Shown here: in pieces, positions 1 through 9,200 of the stretch
Position numbering within the stretch: the stretch's first letter is position 1
Layout: every line of letters begins with the position of its first letter
From: Candidatus Hydrogenedentota bacterium
Lineage (GTDB): Bacteria; Hydrogenedentota; Hydrogenedentia; Hydrogenedentales; SLHB01
Length of the DNA: 64,000 nt
Assembly: GCA_036769985.1 (NCBI GenBank)
Contig: DAIPKA010000011.1
Coordinates: forward strand, 44,818-108,817
Reading direction: 5' to 3'
Position numbers and translations under genes: made by a program
Notes under the pieces: generated by a model
Told to the model about the DNA's origin: nothing
The model's database searches: none
Seen by the model: the letters and a program-made list of their open reading frames with translations, nothing else

Positions 1-557
1 GGCCGGTATCCTTTAAGCCGCATCGCCGTGCGCACCGTGCCGAACTCGTGGGCGGCCATCGGGATGAACCGGATGGCCGTGACGGCCATGAAGGCAAACG
101 AGAAGGGAAACCGCATAGCGAGGAGGCCGCGTAGGAAGCGATCGGGATCCGTGGTGAAGCAGATGGCATATCCGGTGAGCATGACCGCGGCCAGGCGCAA
201 CGATTGGATGAGGCCATAGCGCAGTCCTTCGCGATAGATATTGAGGCCGTCGCGGAACAGGCCGTTCGACGGCACGAGTTGGACCAGAACGGTTCGCGGG
301 TACTCGCTGTAGAAAAAGCCTTGGCTGAGGACGGTGCCCCAGATGAGTAGGCCGAGCGACGCCGCCGTCAAGCCGAGTTGCGCCCGCGTCGGCCACGCCA
401 ACGCAAAGATCGTCAAGCCCATCAGCGCGAGGATGGCGAGACACGGCGGACTGCCCGCCAGGACGACCTGGACCGATATGAAGAAGCCCAGGGCGAGCTT
501 GACGCGCACGTCGAGCCGCCCCAGCGGCGAGCGTCCAGGCTCAAACCAATCCGTCAC
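1..557 (-). CDS. ECF transporter transmembrane T component (EcfT/CbiQ family); 3' end truncated by window edge
   Basis: The reverse-complement translation from a GTG at 557..555 reads VTDWFEPGRSPLGRLDVRVKLALGFFISVQVV...LTGYAICFTTDPDRFLRGLLAMRFPFSFAFMAVTAIRFIPMAAHEFGTVRTAMRLKGY. It is a hydrophobic polytopic protein with a CbiQ/EcfT-like C-terminal region. Its GTG start overlaps the TGA stop of the upstream duplicated ABC ATPase (GTGA). It is not in the ORF track because there is no in-window ATG and the gene is truncated. Confidence 0.6.
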   Translation of the reverse strand, partial: MTDWFEPGRSPLGRLDVRVKLALGFFISVQVVLAGSPPCLAILALMGLTIFALAWPTRAQLGLTAASLGLLIWGTVLSQGFFYSEYPRTVLVQLVPSNGLFRDGLNIYREGLRYGLIQSLRLAAVMLTGYAICFTTDPDRFLRGLLAMRFPFSFAFMAVTAIRFIPMAAHEFGTVRTAMRLKGYR

Positions 558-2167
558 GCGAGCCATGCCATCAACTCCTCGATACCGAGCGTCTTCACGC
601 CCAACCTCCGCCCGTATTCTTGAAGCCGGGTGGGTCGAATGCGCGAACCGACAAGCTTGTCTTCATCCAGCAGTACCTGCCTCGGCGAACCATCGGCTGC
701 TACGCGTCCGTTGGCGAGCACGATCACGCGGTTGGCATGGCGCGCGGCCGTCTCGACATCGTGCGTGCAGAAGACCAGCAAGTCGACATCCTCGGCGAGC
801 CCGTCCATCATGCGCTCGATCTGGTCGCGATCCTGGCCCGTCGTCGGTTCGTCCAACAGCATGACGCGCGGCCGTATCGACAGCACGGACGCCACGGCCG
901 TCCGTAGCCGCTGGCCGCGCGATAGCGCAAACGGCGCGTCGCCCGCCAGATCGTCGAGGCCCATGCGCCTGATCGCCGCGTCCACTGTATCCTCGCGGTG
1001 GTGGCGGTCGATTCCCTTGTGTTTCGGCGCAAAGGCGACCTCGTCGCGCACGGTTTCCTGGAAGAGCATGAGATCCGGCTGCTGCAGCACGAGTCCGATC
1101 TCCGGCGTGGCATCGGCCCGCCATTGCACATGGCCGGCTACCGGCTTGAGCGCGCCGGCCAGCAGATGAAGCAGCGTCGATTTGCCGGAGCCGTTCGCGC
1201 CCATGAGCGCCACGCGCTCGCCCCAGCGAAGATCCATATCGAGCGGCGGGATTACCTCGGGCCCGCCTTTCGCGTACCGAAAGCGGAGTCCGTCGAGTCG
1301 CGCGAGTACCGGCGCCGCGTCGCCCGCTCGAGGTTCAGCCTCGGCCGGCCTCGAGCGAAGGTCGAGAACAGGCGCCTCGTCGGCGTGCAGAGGCCGCTCG
1401 CTACGCCCCAAGCGCGAGAACAACTCGGCCAACTGCGGGACGGCCAGTCCGAGGCGCTGGAGCGGCGTCAGATCGACGAACGCGTTCGATCGCACCTGAT
1501 CGCACACGATTCGGCCTTGATCCATCAACACGATGCGATCGGCCAAGGCGGCGACATCCTCGATTCGGTGCTCGACGACAACCACGGCGCGGTTGTGCTC
1601 GCGCCGCAGACGGGCGATCACGCCGAGGATCTCCTCCGCGCCTTCCGGGTCGAGTTGGCTGATCGGCTCATCGAGGAGCAACACCTCCGGTTCGAGGGCC
1701 AGGGCGCACGCGATGGCCAGCCGTTGCTTCTGGCCGCCGGACAGCGTAGCCGTTCGCGCGGAGGCGAGATGTGTCAGGCCGACGATGTCGAGCGCCTCGC
1801 GAATGCGCTCGATCATGGTTACGCGATCGACGGCCAGGTTCTCGAGTCCGAAAGCGACCTCGGACTCGACGGTAGCGGTGCAGAGCTGCGAGTCCGGATT
1901 CTGGAACACCGAGCCGACCACGCGGCAGAGATCGACGAGCGGCGTCGTACGCACATCGCGGCCACAGACCTCGACGCGTCCGAGGACGGTGGCTTCGCTC
2001 TCGTGAAATAGGATGCCGTTGAGGCAATTGAGCAGTGTCGATTTGCCGCAGCCGGTCGGCCCGGTGATCAACACCATCTCACCGGCGGCGACGGCGAGCG
2101 AGGCGTCCATAACGGTCGGCCGCTCGCGACCGGCATAGGTTACGGTGAGGTGGGCGGCACGGATCAT
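554..2167 (-). CDS. ECF transporter ATP-binding protein, duplicated (EcfA1-EcfA2 fusion, CbiO-like)
   Basis: Two complete ABC ATPase domains are present. Each has a Walker A (GPTGCGKST and GANGSGKST), an ABC signature (LSGGQKQR and LSRGQRLR) and a Walker B (LLLDEP and MLLDEP). The true start is MIRAAHLTV at 2167, which overlaps the stop of the upstream gene (ATGA). The longer ORF-track extension to 2953 lies in another gene. Confidence 0.85.
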   Translation of the reverse strand: MIRAAHLTVTYAGRERPTVMDASLAVAAGEMVLITGPTGCGKSTLLNCLNGILFHESEATVLGRVEVCGRDVRTTPLVDLCRVVGSVFQNPDSQLCTATVESEVAFGLENLAVDRVTMIERIREALDIVGLTHLASARTATLSGGQKQRLAIACALALEPEVLLLDEPISQLDPEGAEEILGVIARLRREHNRAVVVVEHRIEDVAALADRIVLMDQGRIVCDQVRSNAFVDLTPLQRLGLAVPQLAELFSRLGRSERPLHADEAPVLDLRSRPAEAEPRAGDAAPVLARLDGLRFRYAKGGPEVIPPLDMDLRWGERVALMGANGSGKSTLLHLLAGALKPVAGHVQWRADATPEIGLVLQQPDLMLFQETVRDEVAFAPKHKGIDRHHREDTVDAAIRRMGLDDLAGDAPFALSRGQRLRTAVASVLSIRPRVMLLDEPTTGQDRDQIERMMDGLAEDVDLLVFCTHDVETAARHANRVIVLANGRVAADGSPRQVLLDEDKLVGSRIRPTRLQEYGRRLGVKTLGIEELMAWLA

Positions 2168-4032
2168 GGCCTCACCCTCCGGAGTCCTTGGCCAAGACCG
2201 CGTCCGAGATACACACCGATGATCGTGTAAAGGAAACCGGTGACGACCACGTTCATCGCGATGTACCAGTCGGCGTAATACAGGCGATACAACACGGCGA
2301 ACAAGGCCAGGCTCGTGAAGGTTGAGGCGGCGTCGGCGAGGCCCAAGGCCAGCATCATCGGAGCCAACGCCGGCGTACGGCTTTGCTTCGAGAAACTCGT
2401 GACGCGGAAGAGGACGAGGAATACCTCGCGGAACGCGATGGCCGAGCCGACGAAGAGCAGATCGGTGAGGCCAAAGGCGCCGAAAAGGATGCCGCCCATC
2501 AGGTATGAGACGAGTCCGGCGATGGTCATCGCGCCGACGCGGGGCAGTTGATAGAGAATGGCGGTCACGAGGAGGTACGTCAACATCTCGGTGAGGAAGC
2601 CGCCCACAAGGCAGTTGAACGGCCCGAGAATGGCATAGAGCGCACTCGAGACCCATCCGCCGGCGAAGGTCAGACAGAACTGGAGCGAGCCGAGGAGCGA
2701 CAAGAGCACCAAGGCGCGAACGCCCATGCTTCGAATGAGCCGGCGGTAGAACACGAGGATGCCGCCCAGCCATACGAGCGTTACGGCGGCAACGAGAGCC
2801 ACCCAGAGCGAGAAGAACGGTTTCGCGCGGACAATGCCCAGCGGCTGTGTAAGGGCAGCCAACACGCGATCCGATCCGAGGGGAGTGATTGTGACGCGCC
2901 GCATGTACCGGCCCGCCGGTGCGCCCGGACTGACGTGGATCGGCAACACACACGGCGCGGTAGCACCGGGCGCGAGCTGGACAAACGCCATCGTCGTGTT
3001 CGTGCCGCTGCCCGATTGCCAGCTCGGCGCGTCGAAGAACGGCACGCGCTCGCCCGTCCGCGCATCCCCGATCTCGCTGAGTAACAGGAGGCTGATCGGC
3101 TGCTCCGTGCGATTGACGAGGTCAAGCGTCTGGAAAGTGAACGGCCGCGCCGGATCGAATCGCGGCGGGCGAACGCCAAGTTGCGTGGCCAGGCGATCCC
3201 AAAGGGCGTTTGGCATGACAATCTGGTTCGACGGCCGACCGGCCTCGGAATGGCCGGTGGCATCGGTCGGCATGCGCCACGCCGCCACCTCGACGGCCGC
3301 CGCATCCAGCGTCGGCGGCACGCAATGGACATCGAGGTCGACACGGCATTCCGCCACGTCCACCGCGACACGCCATGGGCCTTGCGGTAGCCGTTCACCG
3401 ACGCCAATCCGCGTGGTCAGCATTGCTTTGTCGAGTTCGAAGCTCAGCGTCTCCTTCTCGTCCTGCCACGCCGGCTCGATGTCGAGCGCATTCGCGTCAT
3501 TCCCGGCGGCAAATTCCGAGTGAACCGCCACCGGAATGGGGTCGTCGTCGTCGATGATCTTCTCGACCTCGAGCAGTACGTCTACGTGCTCACCCGGCGC
3601 GAGCGGCAGAGCCACACTATGCTGCTCCGAGGGCGGGAACGGCCGCGCCAGGAAGAACTCATGCGGCGGCTGACCGAGGGGCGCGTGCAGGCGTACCGCG
3701 ACGGCCGGCGGATTGGCCGGCCCGCGGACGCTCGTTCGCGCGTCGCCCGCGACCACCTCGTAGATCTCGCCCGGCGTCCACGAGAGCGGCACCTCGAGCG
3801 CGGTGCCGCCGTGCGTCTTCGCCCGAGCCACCACGTGGCCGCGCGCGTCCAGTACCTCGACCTCGGCCGCGCGGCCATCGTGTTCGACGCGGAGCAGGCC
3901 GGATTGCGTGAACGAGGCCGAGAGTCCAGGCGCCGACCCGCGCGACGACGGCCAGTACCGCAAGGCCAAGAAGGCGGCGAGGATCACGAGCATGCCGCCG
4001 GCGATGTAGACAAACCGATTCATAGGCGTCAT
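2164..4032 (-). CDS. large membrane protein: N-terminal signal anchor, ~370-aa extracytoplasmic domain, C-terminal ~230-aa polytopic domain (candidate ECF S-component-like module)
   Basis: The ORF is 622 aa. It has an N-terminal TM (FVYIAGGMLVILAAFLAL), a long soluble region, and then 5-6 hydrophobic helices at the C-terminus. It is sandwiched between the GT-C gene and EcfA1A2 with 4-bp overlaps (4029-4032 and 2164-2167). The S-component assignment is inferred from this position in an EcfA/EcfT operon and from the size of the polytopic domain. Confidence 0.5.
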   Translation of the reverse strand: MTPMNRFVYIAGGMLVILAAFLALRYWPSSRGSAPGLSASFTQSGLLRVEHDGRAAEVEVLDARGHVVARAKTHGGTALEVPLSWTPGEIYEVVAGDARTSVRGPANPPAVAVRLHAPLGQPPHEFFLARPFPPSEQHSVALPLAPGEHVDVLLEVEKIIDDDDPIPVAVHSEFAAGNDANALDIEPAWQDEKETLSFELDKAMLTTRIGVGERLPQGPWRVAVDVAECRVDLDVHCVPPTLDAAAVEVAAWRMPTDATGHSEAGRPSNQIVMPNALWDRLATQLGVRPPRFDPARPFTFQTLDLVNRTEQPISLLLLSEIGDARTGERVPFFDAPSWQSGSGTNTTMAFVQLAPGATAPCVLPIHVSPGAPAGRYMRRVTITPLGSDRVLAALTQPLGIVRAKPFFSLWVALVAAVTLVWLGGILVFYRRLIRSMGVRALVLLSLLGSLQFCLTFAGGWVSSALYAILGPFNCLVGGFLTEMLTYLLVTAILYQLPRVGAMTIAGLVSYLMGGILFGAFGLTDLLFVGSAIAFREVFLVLFRVTSFSKQSRTPALAPMMLALGLADAASTFTSLALFAVLYRLYYADWYIAMNVVVTGFLYTIIGVYLGRGLGQGLRRVRP

Positions 4033-6266
4033 TCTACGCGATCGGATGCCGGCGAGATCGCCTCGATGCGCCGCTGGATGTCGGCGGCCTTATCGAGATC
4101 GCCCTGGGCGGTGTAGACGTTGACGAGGTTGTTGAGGGCCAGGGCGAAACCGGGATTCAACGCCAGCGCCTTCTCATACTCGGCCGCGGCCTCGTCCAGC
4201 CGCCCTTGCCGCTCGAAAAGATAGCCGAGACCGTTGTGCGCCTCCGGCGAATCTGGAGCGAGCTCCAACGTCTTCCTATACAACGCCTCGGCCTCGTCCC
4301 ATCGCCCCTCGATCTCGTGCACGCGCGCCATGTTTCGCAAAGCGACGGCGTTCTCGGGCTCGCGGCGGGCCACCTCGCCGTACTGCTCGAGGGCCTCGGC
4401 ATACCGGCCTTCGCCCGCGAGCGTGTTGCCGAGATTCATACGCGTGATCGAGAGCCCAGGTTGCGCTTCCAGAGCCGCCTGATAGTGTTGGATAGCCTCG
4501 TTGGCCCGCCCGAGCCCGGCCAGCGCATAGCCAAGGTTGTTGTGGGCCACCGCGTCGTCCGGGGCAATCTCGAGGGCCTTTCTCAGATGCTCGATGCTCT
4601 CGTCGATCCGCCCGCGCTCGAGCAGGAGCCGGCCCAGATTCGCTTCGACCGGCGCCGATGGCGGGCCAGCGCGTTCGGCCTCTCCGTACGTGCGAATCGC
4701 CTCGTCCGGATCGCCGTGCGCCGTCCACGCCAAGGCCTGCCTGAGGTACCATGTTTGCCGCGACGGCTCGTAGCCGGTGGGATTCCAGTACGCCAGCCGA
4801 AGGGCGGCCAGCGCGAACAATCCCCACAGCGCGAAGCGCCGCCCGTCCCGAGCGGCGGCGAACCGGCCCAAACGCACGAGGCCATAGGCGCCGAACAGCA
4901 GCAGAAACGGAATGATCGGCACGCGGTAACGGCCCGCGATGAAGAATGGAATCACCGAGAGGAAATACGCCACGATAAAGAGCAGAATCGCCACGGACGT
5001 TTCGTAGGCCACCGCATCGGTTGCCGCCGCCGCTTTCTCGGCCCGCCGATCTCGAAGCCACAGCGCCAGGCCCAAGGCAAACAACGCCACCACGAATGGG
5101 AATCCCGGCAACAACTGCAAGACGCGCGAGAAACGCTTGTCGTAGGCCATCACCGTGTCGTTCGTGACCTCGCGCGGCCCCCAGAAGAGCAACGCCTTCT
5201 TGGCCGTCTTCTTCACGAACTCGGCGGGATGATGGGCCACGAAATCCAGGCCTTGTCGATAGAAGTACGCATTCGCTTCAGAGAACGTCATCCGCTCGCG
5301 GCCTAGTTTGTTGGCCAGTCCGCGCACGATGGCCGCATAGTCGAAGCAGCACCAGTTGTCGATGCCGACGAGATCCTTGAGCTCGGGTATGCGCGGCTCG
5401 ACGCACGAGGCCTCGGCATTGTTGCCCACGTAGAAGTTCAGGCCGCCGTACGAGGATACGAAGACGAAATCGCGCGCCACGGCGAAGTTGCGCACGGCCC
5501 CCGGCGTCAGTACCGCCACCACGCCGATGGTCACGGCCACGGCACTGCGCCACCACCGCCGCCCCTCGCCGTGGCGATGGGCCACCCAGGCCATCCAAGC
5601 GACGAGCACCGGCGCATAGAGAAGGCCGTTCGGCCGGAATAGGCCGAAGAGCCCGAGCAGGAGTCCGACTGCGAGCGCCCGCCATACGCCACGGCCCGCC
5701 GCCCACCAGCGCACCGCCAGCGCCAGCGCCAGCAAAAGGAAGACGACGACGGCCGGATACGTCAGCAGCCCCTCGAAATAGATGAACGCCCAATAGGACA
5801 TCATCAAGGCCGCCGCCACAAGTCCCACCGTGCCGCCGAAAAGCGCCCGGCCTAGGAGGAAGATCAGCACGCCACTGCCGAGTCCAAGGGCCGTCTGCAC
5901 GAGACGCGGCGACCAATCGTTGACGCCGAACACCGAATAGACAGCGGCGAGAAACCACGGATAGCCCGGCGGCCGCCCGTGGGGCGTCGTGCGGATCTCC
6001 GGATCATTGACATCCGGCGGCAGCGTCCAGTCGCCCGTCACCAGGCCGCGCGCCCAATAATCGTTGTACTGCGGATCGTACAGCGGATGCGAGAACGTGG
6101 GTTCGCGGGCGATCTCGGCGAGGTACAGGGCGCGCAGACACAGCCCTGCCACCAGGATGATCACCAAGATCAGCCATGGACGGAGTCCACGCCTTGCCAC
6201 ACGGACGGTTTCCTGGGGCTTCTCGCTGTTGGTATCAACCACGCTACGCGCTCTTCGGTGGGCCAC
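4029..6266 (-). CDS. PMT/ArnT-like GT-C membrane glycosyltransferase (PMT_2 family) with C-terminal TPR repeats (TMTC-like architecture)
   Basis: The ORF is 745 aa. The N-terminal ~480 aa carry many TM helices and aromatic-rich loops typical of PMT_2/ArnT GT-C enzymes. The C-terminal ~260 aa are classic TPR repeats (AxxNLGxxLxxxGRxxEAIxxYxxAL, repeated at least six times). Confidence 0.75.
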   Translation of the reverse strand: MAHRRARSVVDTNSEKPQETVRVARRGLRPWLILVIILVAGLCLRALYLAEIAREPTFSHPLYDPQYNDYWARGLVTGDWTLPPDVNDPEIRTTPHGRPPGYPWFLAAVYSVFGVNDWSPRLVQTALGLGSGVLIFLLGRALFGGTVGLVAAALMMSYWAFIYFEGLLTYPAVVVFLLLALALAVRWWAAGRGVWRALAVGLLLGLFGLFRPNGLLYAPVLVAWMAWVAHRHGEGRRWWRSAVAVTIGVVAVLTPGAVRNFAVARDFVFVSSYGGLNFYVGNNAEASCVEPRIPELKDLVGIDNWCCFDYAAIVRGLANKLGRERMTFSEANAYFYRQGLDFVAHHPAEFVKKTAKKALLFWGPREVTNDTVMAYDKRFSRVLQLLPGFPFVVALFALGLALWLRDRRAEKAAAATDAVAYETSVAILLFIVAYFLSVIPFFIAGRYRVPIIPFLLLFGAYGLVRLGRFAAARDGRRFALWGLFALAALRLAYWNPTGYEPSRQTWYLRQALAWTAHGDPDEAIRTYGEAERAGPPSAPVEANLGRLLLERGRIDESIEHLRKALEIAPDDAVAHNNLGYALAGLGRANEAIQHYQAALEAQPGLSITRMNLGNTLAGEGRYAEALEQYGEVARREPENAVALRNMARVHEIEGRWDEAEALYRKTLELAPDSPEAHNGLGYLFERQGRLDEAAAEYEKALALNPGFALALNNLVNVYTAQGDLDKAADIQRRIEAISPASDRVE

Positions 6267-6455
6267 ACTCGCCGCTCGCTATCCTGCCGACAGGCCTAGG
6301 TCCTTTGCAAACACCTGCGTTCCGGGCGATGGGGCTTCCCTTACGCGGCGTCTGGTCTGCTATACTCGGCGCAGAGGCCGCGGGCGCGCTTCAGGCGCGG
6401 AGAGCCCGAGGCCCGCTGTGTTCGAGTGTTCCGAGGGAAGGTGTAACCAACCGGC

Positions 6456-7580
6456 ATGGACGAGTCTTCGGCGCCCAAGGATAGGCCCACGGTTTCGCTC
6501 ATCGTACCTACGTACCATGAGGCCGAGAACCTGCCTGAGCTTATCGAGCGGATCGAGGGCGTGCGCGATGCGAACGGCCTCGATATCGAAGTCCTCATCA
6601 TGGACGACAACAGTCGGGACGGCACCGAGGAGGCCGTAGCCAAGCTCGCCCGGCCATGGGCGCGCGTCGTCACGCGCACGGAGAATCGCGGCCTGAGCGC
6701 GGCGGTCGTCGACGGATTCCGCCTGGCCAAGAACGACGTCCTGATCGTCATGGACGCCGACCTCAGCCATCCCCCCGAGAAGATTCCGGAAATGCTCGAT
6801 GCCTTGGCGCAGGGCCACGATTTCGTCCTCGGCTCGCGCTACACGGCCGGCGGCTCGACGGATGAGGGCTGGGGCCTGTTCCGAGCCATTAACAGTCGGA
6901 TCGCCACGCTCCTCGCGCGGCCGTTTACCTCCGTCAAGGATCCGATGAGCGGTTTCTTCGCCTTCCAGCGCTCAAGTCTCGAGACCGCCGCGCCGCTGAA
7001 TCCCATCGGCTATAAGATCGGTCTCGAGATCCTCGTGAAATGCAATTGCCGCAACGCCTGCGAGGTGCCGATCCACTTCAGCAAGCGCCGCCACGGCAAG
7101 AGCAAGCTTTCGTTGCAAGAGCAACTGCGCTACCTGCAACATCTCCGGCGGCTGGCCGTGTTCAAGTACGGCAATTGGGCGCATTTCGTCCAGTTCGCCG
7201 CCGTCGGCTTCTCGGGCACCATCGTCAACCTGGCCGTGCTGACAATCCTCCTCTGGATCGGTGTGCCCATCGAGGTGGCGGTTGCACTCGCGATTTTCAT
7301 CTCGATGCTCTCGAACTTCGGCCTGAACCGGCGTATCACCTTCTCGTACGCGCGCGGCGGCTCGTTTTGGCTTCAGCTCGTCGGGTTCCTCGGCGCGAGT
7401 TCCATCGGCGCAGTCGTGAATTACGCGACCGTCATGGCCGTGCTGCGCGCGTGGCCGGCGCTCGAGCGGATTCCGCAGATCGCCTCGATGGTAGGCATCC
7501 TCGCCGGCCTCCTCTTCAACTACTTCGCGAGCCGCTACTTCGTCTTCGTGAAGCCCCACCGAGATCGCGGCCCAAAATAG
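6456..7580 (+). CDS. DPM1/Ppm1-like GT2 polyprenol-phosphate sugar synthase fused to C-terminal GtrA-like membrane domain
   Basis: GT2 motifs are present: SLIVPTYHEAENL, IMDDNSRDG and VMDADLSHPP (a DPM1-type DAD..SH motif). The C-terminal ~120 aa form four TM helices resembling a GtrA domain (FVQFAAVGFSGTIVNLAVL..). Confidence 0.8.
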   Translation: MDESSAPKDRPTVSLIVPTYHEAENLPELIERIEGVRDANGLDIEVLIMDDNSRDGTEEAVAKLARPWARVVTRTENRGLSAAVVDGFRLAKNDVLIVMDADLSHPPEKIPEMLDALAQGHDFVLGSRYTAGGSTDEGWGLFRAINSRIATLLARPFTSVKDPMSGFFAFQRSSLETAAPLNPIGYKIGLEILVKCNCRNACEVPIHFSKRRHGKSKLSLQEQLRYLQHLRRLAVFKYGNWAHFVQFAAVGFSGTIVNLAVLTILLWIGVPIEVAVALAIFISMLSNFGLNRRITFSYARGGSFWLQLVGFLGASSIGAVVNYATVMAVLRAWPALERIPQIASMVGILAGLLFNYFASRYFVFVKPHRDRGPK

Positions 7581-7623
7581 GGATGCCACCCTATCTCCTT
7601 AAATGGCTAATCGTTAAATGGTT

Positions 7624-7720
7624 AAATGGGGACAGTAACCCTTTATTTCGTCGTTACTTGTCGTCGAGTTGGAGTGGCTGCGGAATGCGGTGATGGAATA
7701 AAGGGTTACTGTCCCTATTT
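7624..7720. repeat. AT-rich inverted repeat (23-bp arms, 1 mismatch, ~50-nt loop) between convergent genes; candidate bidirectional terminator hairpin
   Basis: The left arm is aaatGgggacagtaaccctttatt (7624-7647) and the right arm is aataaagggttactgtcccTattt (7697-7720). The segment is flanked by tandem ttaaatgg repeats at 7599-7628. The whole 7581-7735 region is far more AT-rich than the flanking genes. Confidence 0.6.
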
Positions 7721-9200
7721 AACGCCTATTTAGCGTTTGGAGGTACTCGGCCACATAGTCGGCCACGATGGATGCCTTGAGGTCGATGCCGGCGTTCTTC
7801 ATGTGGCACACGTCGCCGAAGTATTTCCCCCCGCCCTGGATGTTCTCGGCAACGGGAATGTATCCGAAGTCGTTGCGCTTGCAGCAGTCGACCAGGAGCC
7901 GGTTGTAGAGTCGGATCGCGCGGCAGTATGTGGCGAAACTGACGTAGCGGCCGCCCCATTCGAGGTCGTTGTAGAAGTCGTAGTAGGCGCGTTCGTTGCT
8001 CGAAAGATGCTCGATATCCGGATGGGCGAAACTGCAAAACGCCATATCGACACCGCGCTCGGCGGCGTAATCGTGCATAAACTTGAGATTGGCGAAGGTG
8101 ACGGCGTCGAGATCGCGCATCATGCGCGCCTCGTCAGGCAAGAGCCACCGGTTCAGGTAGAAGTTGAGGAACCGTGATTGGCGCACGACGCGTTGCCACA
8201 GGCGCGCATCCGCCACCCATCGAGGGAAATGGTAGTGGCAAATATCGTTGACGGCGTTGTAGTAGACGATCAGATCCGGCTCGAGCGCCAGGTAGTCCGG
8301 TAGCCGCATCTTCTCTTTGAGTGTGTTGACGCCCGTTAGGCCGCAGTTGATGACATCAATGGACGGAGCATCGAAGCGCTGCTTGAGCTTCCGCTCGAGC
8401 AAGTTCGGATAGGTGACGGCGTTGGCATCCCCTTCTTCGGTGGTCGATCCGCCGATGCAGACGATTCGGAACACGCCCTCCGGCTTCGGTAGCACCACGT
8501 CGTCGTCGCGGAACCCGACGTTGTTCGTGTGGAACTCCTGATCCTCGCGGTAGGCGTGTTTCTTGTAGATGAAGAAGGGCTTCTCCCACATGGGATGGCC
8601 CGGATCGGCGGTATCGGCATGTTCGAGAAACGCGGCCGCCGCCTCGCCCTCGCGGCCTTCGCCGGCCAAGGGATACACGAACAGCTTGGTAATGATGCGG
8701 GTGCCTTGGCCGGCCGGTACGTCGAGCAAGGCCGACTCGCCCTTCGCCAGCGCGTCGCGTAGGACGTGAGCCACGGCGTCGCCATACACGGCCAAGAGCG
8801 AACCGGCGTCGGCGGCCTCCTCTCGCAACGAGTAGAACTGCACGGCTTCGCCGCGAGCGTCGAAGACGAGGATATCCTGGAGGTACATCTCGGCGAAGGT
8901 GGCCCGATCATCCTCGGAAAGCCGGGCGAAAAACGCGGCGCGCCGGCCAGCCTCATCGAGGGGCGTCCAGGTGGCAAGCTGCGGCCCGGCGGCTGGGGCC
9001 GTGGCGAGGTAGTCCTCGCGGAACTCGGCGTTGCTACCGTCCGGCCAAGGCACCGTGCCGTCTCGCGCGAGGACATAGGGATTCCGGCGCTCGATGTTTC
9101 GCCACTTGACGGCGAAGAACACCTCGAGCGCGCCGATGGTAGCCGCGATCCAAAAGAGGGCGACGGCCAAGAGAAAAGCGGTCCGAGCCAGCTTCCTCAT
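7719..9200 (-). CDS. membrane-anchored SGNH/GDSL-family hydrolase (esterase/acylhydrolase), paralog 1
   Basis: There is an N-terminal TM (AFLLAVALFWIAATIGAL). SGNH blocks are present: I VCIGGSTTEEG, II INCGLTG, III YNAVND, V DVCHMKNAG (DxxH). Its start overlaps the stop of the upstream paralog (9197-9200). Confidence 0.7.
   Translation of the reverse strand: MRKLARTAFLLAVALFWIAATIGALEVFFAVKWRNIERRNPYVLARDGTVPWPDGSNAEFREDYLATAPAAGPQLATWTPLDEAGRRAAFFARLSEDDRATFAEMYLQDILVFDARGEAVQFYSLREEAADAGSLLAVYGDAVAHVLRDALAKGESALLDVPAGQGTRIITKLFVYPLAGEGREGEAAAAFLEHADTADPGHPMWEKPFFIYKKHAYREDQEFHTNNVGFRDDDVVLPKPEGVFRIVCIGGSTTEEGDANAVTYPNLLERKLKQRFDAPSIDVINCGLTGVNTLKEKMRLPDYLALEPDLIVYYNAVNDICHYHFPRWVADARLWQRVVRQSRFLNFYLNRWLLPDEARMMRDLDAVTFANLKFMHDYAAERGVDMAFCSFAHPDIEHLSSNERAYYDFYNDLEWGGRYVSFATYCRAIRLYNRLLVDCCKRNDFGYIPVAENIQGGGKYFGDVCHMKNAGIDLKASIVADYVAEYLQTLNRR

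Noticed and set aside
13-444. A 143-aa minus-strand ORF at the window start
   Set aside because: It is in the wrong frame. The EcfT-like protein is encoded in another minus-strand frame, starting at the GTG at 557.
998-2011. Plus-strand ORFs of 337, 157 and 105 aa antisense to the duplicated EcfA gene
   Set aside because: The translations are low-complexity and Arg- or Ser-rich. The minus-strand frame carries complete Walker A/B and ABC signature motifs.
4206-5306. A 366-aa plus-strand ORF inside the GT-C/TPR gene
   Set aside because: It is antisense to a gene with clear TPR repeats and a TM domain, and has no motifs of its own.
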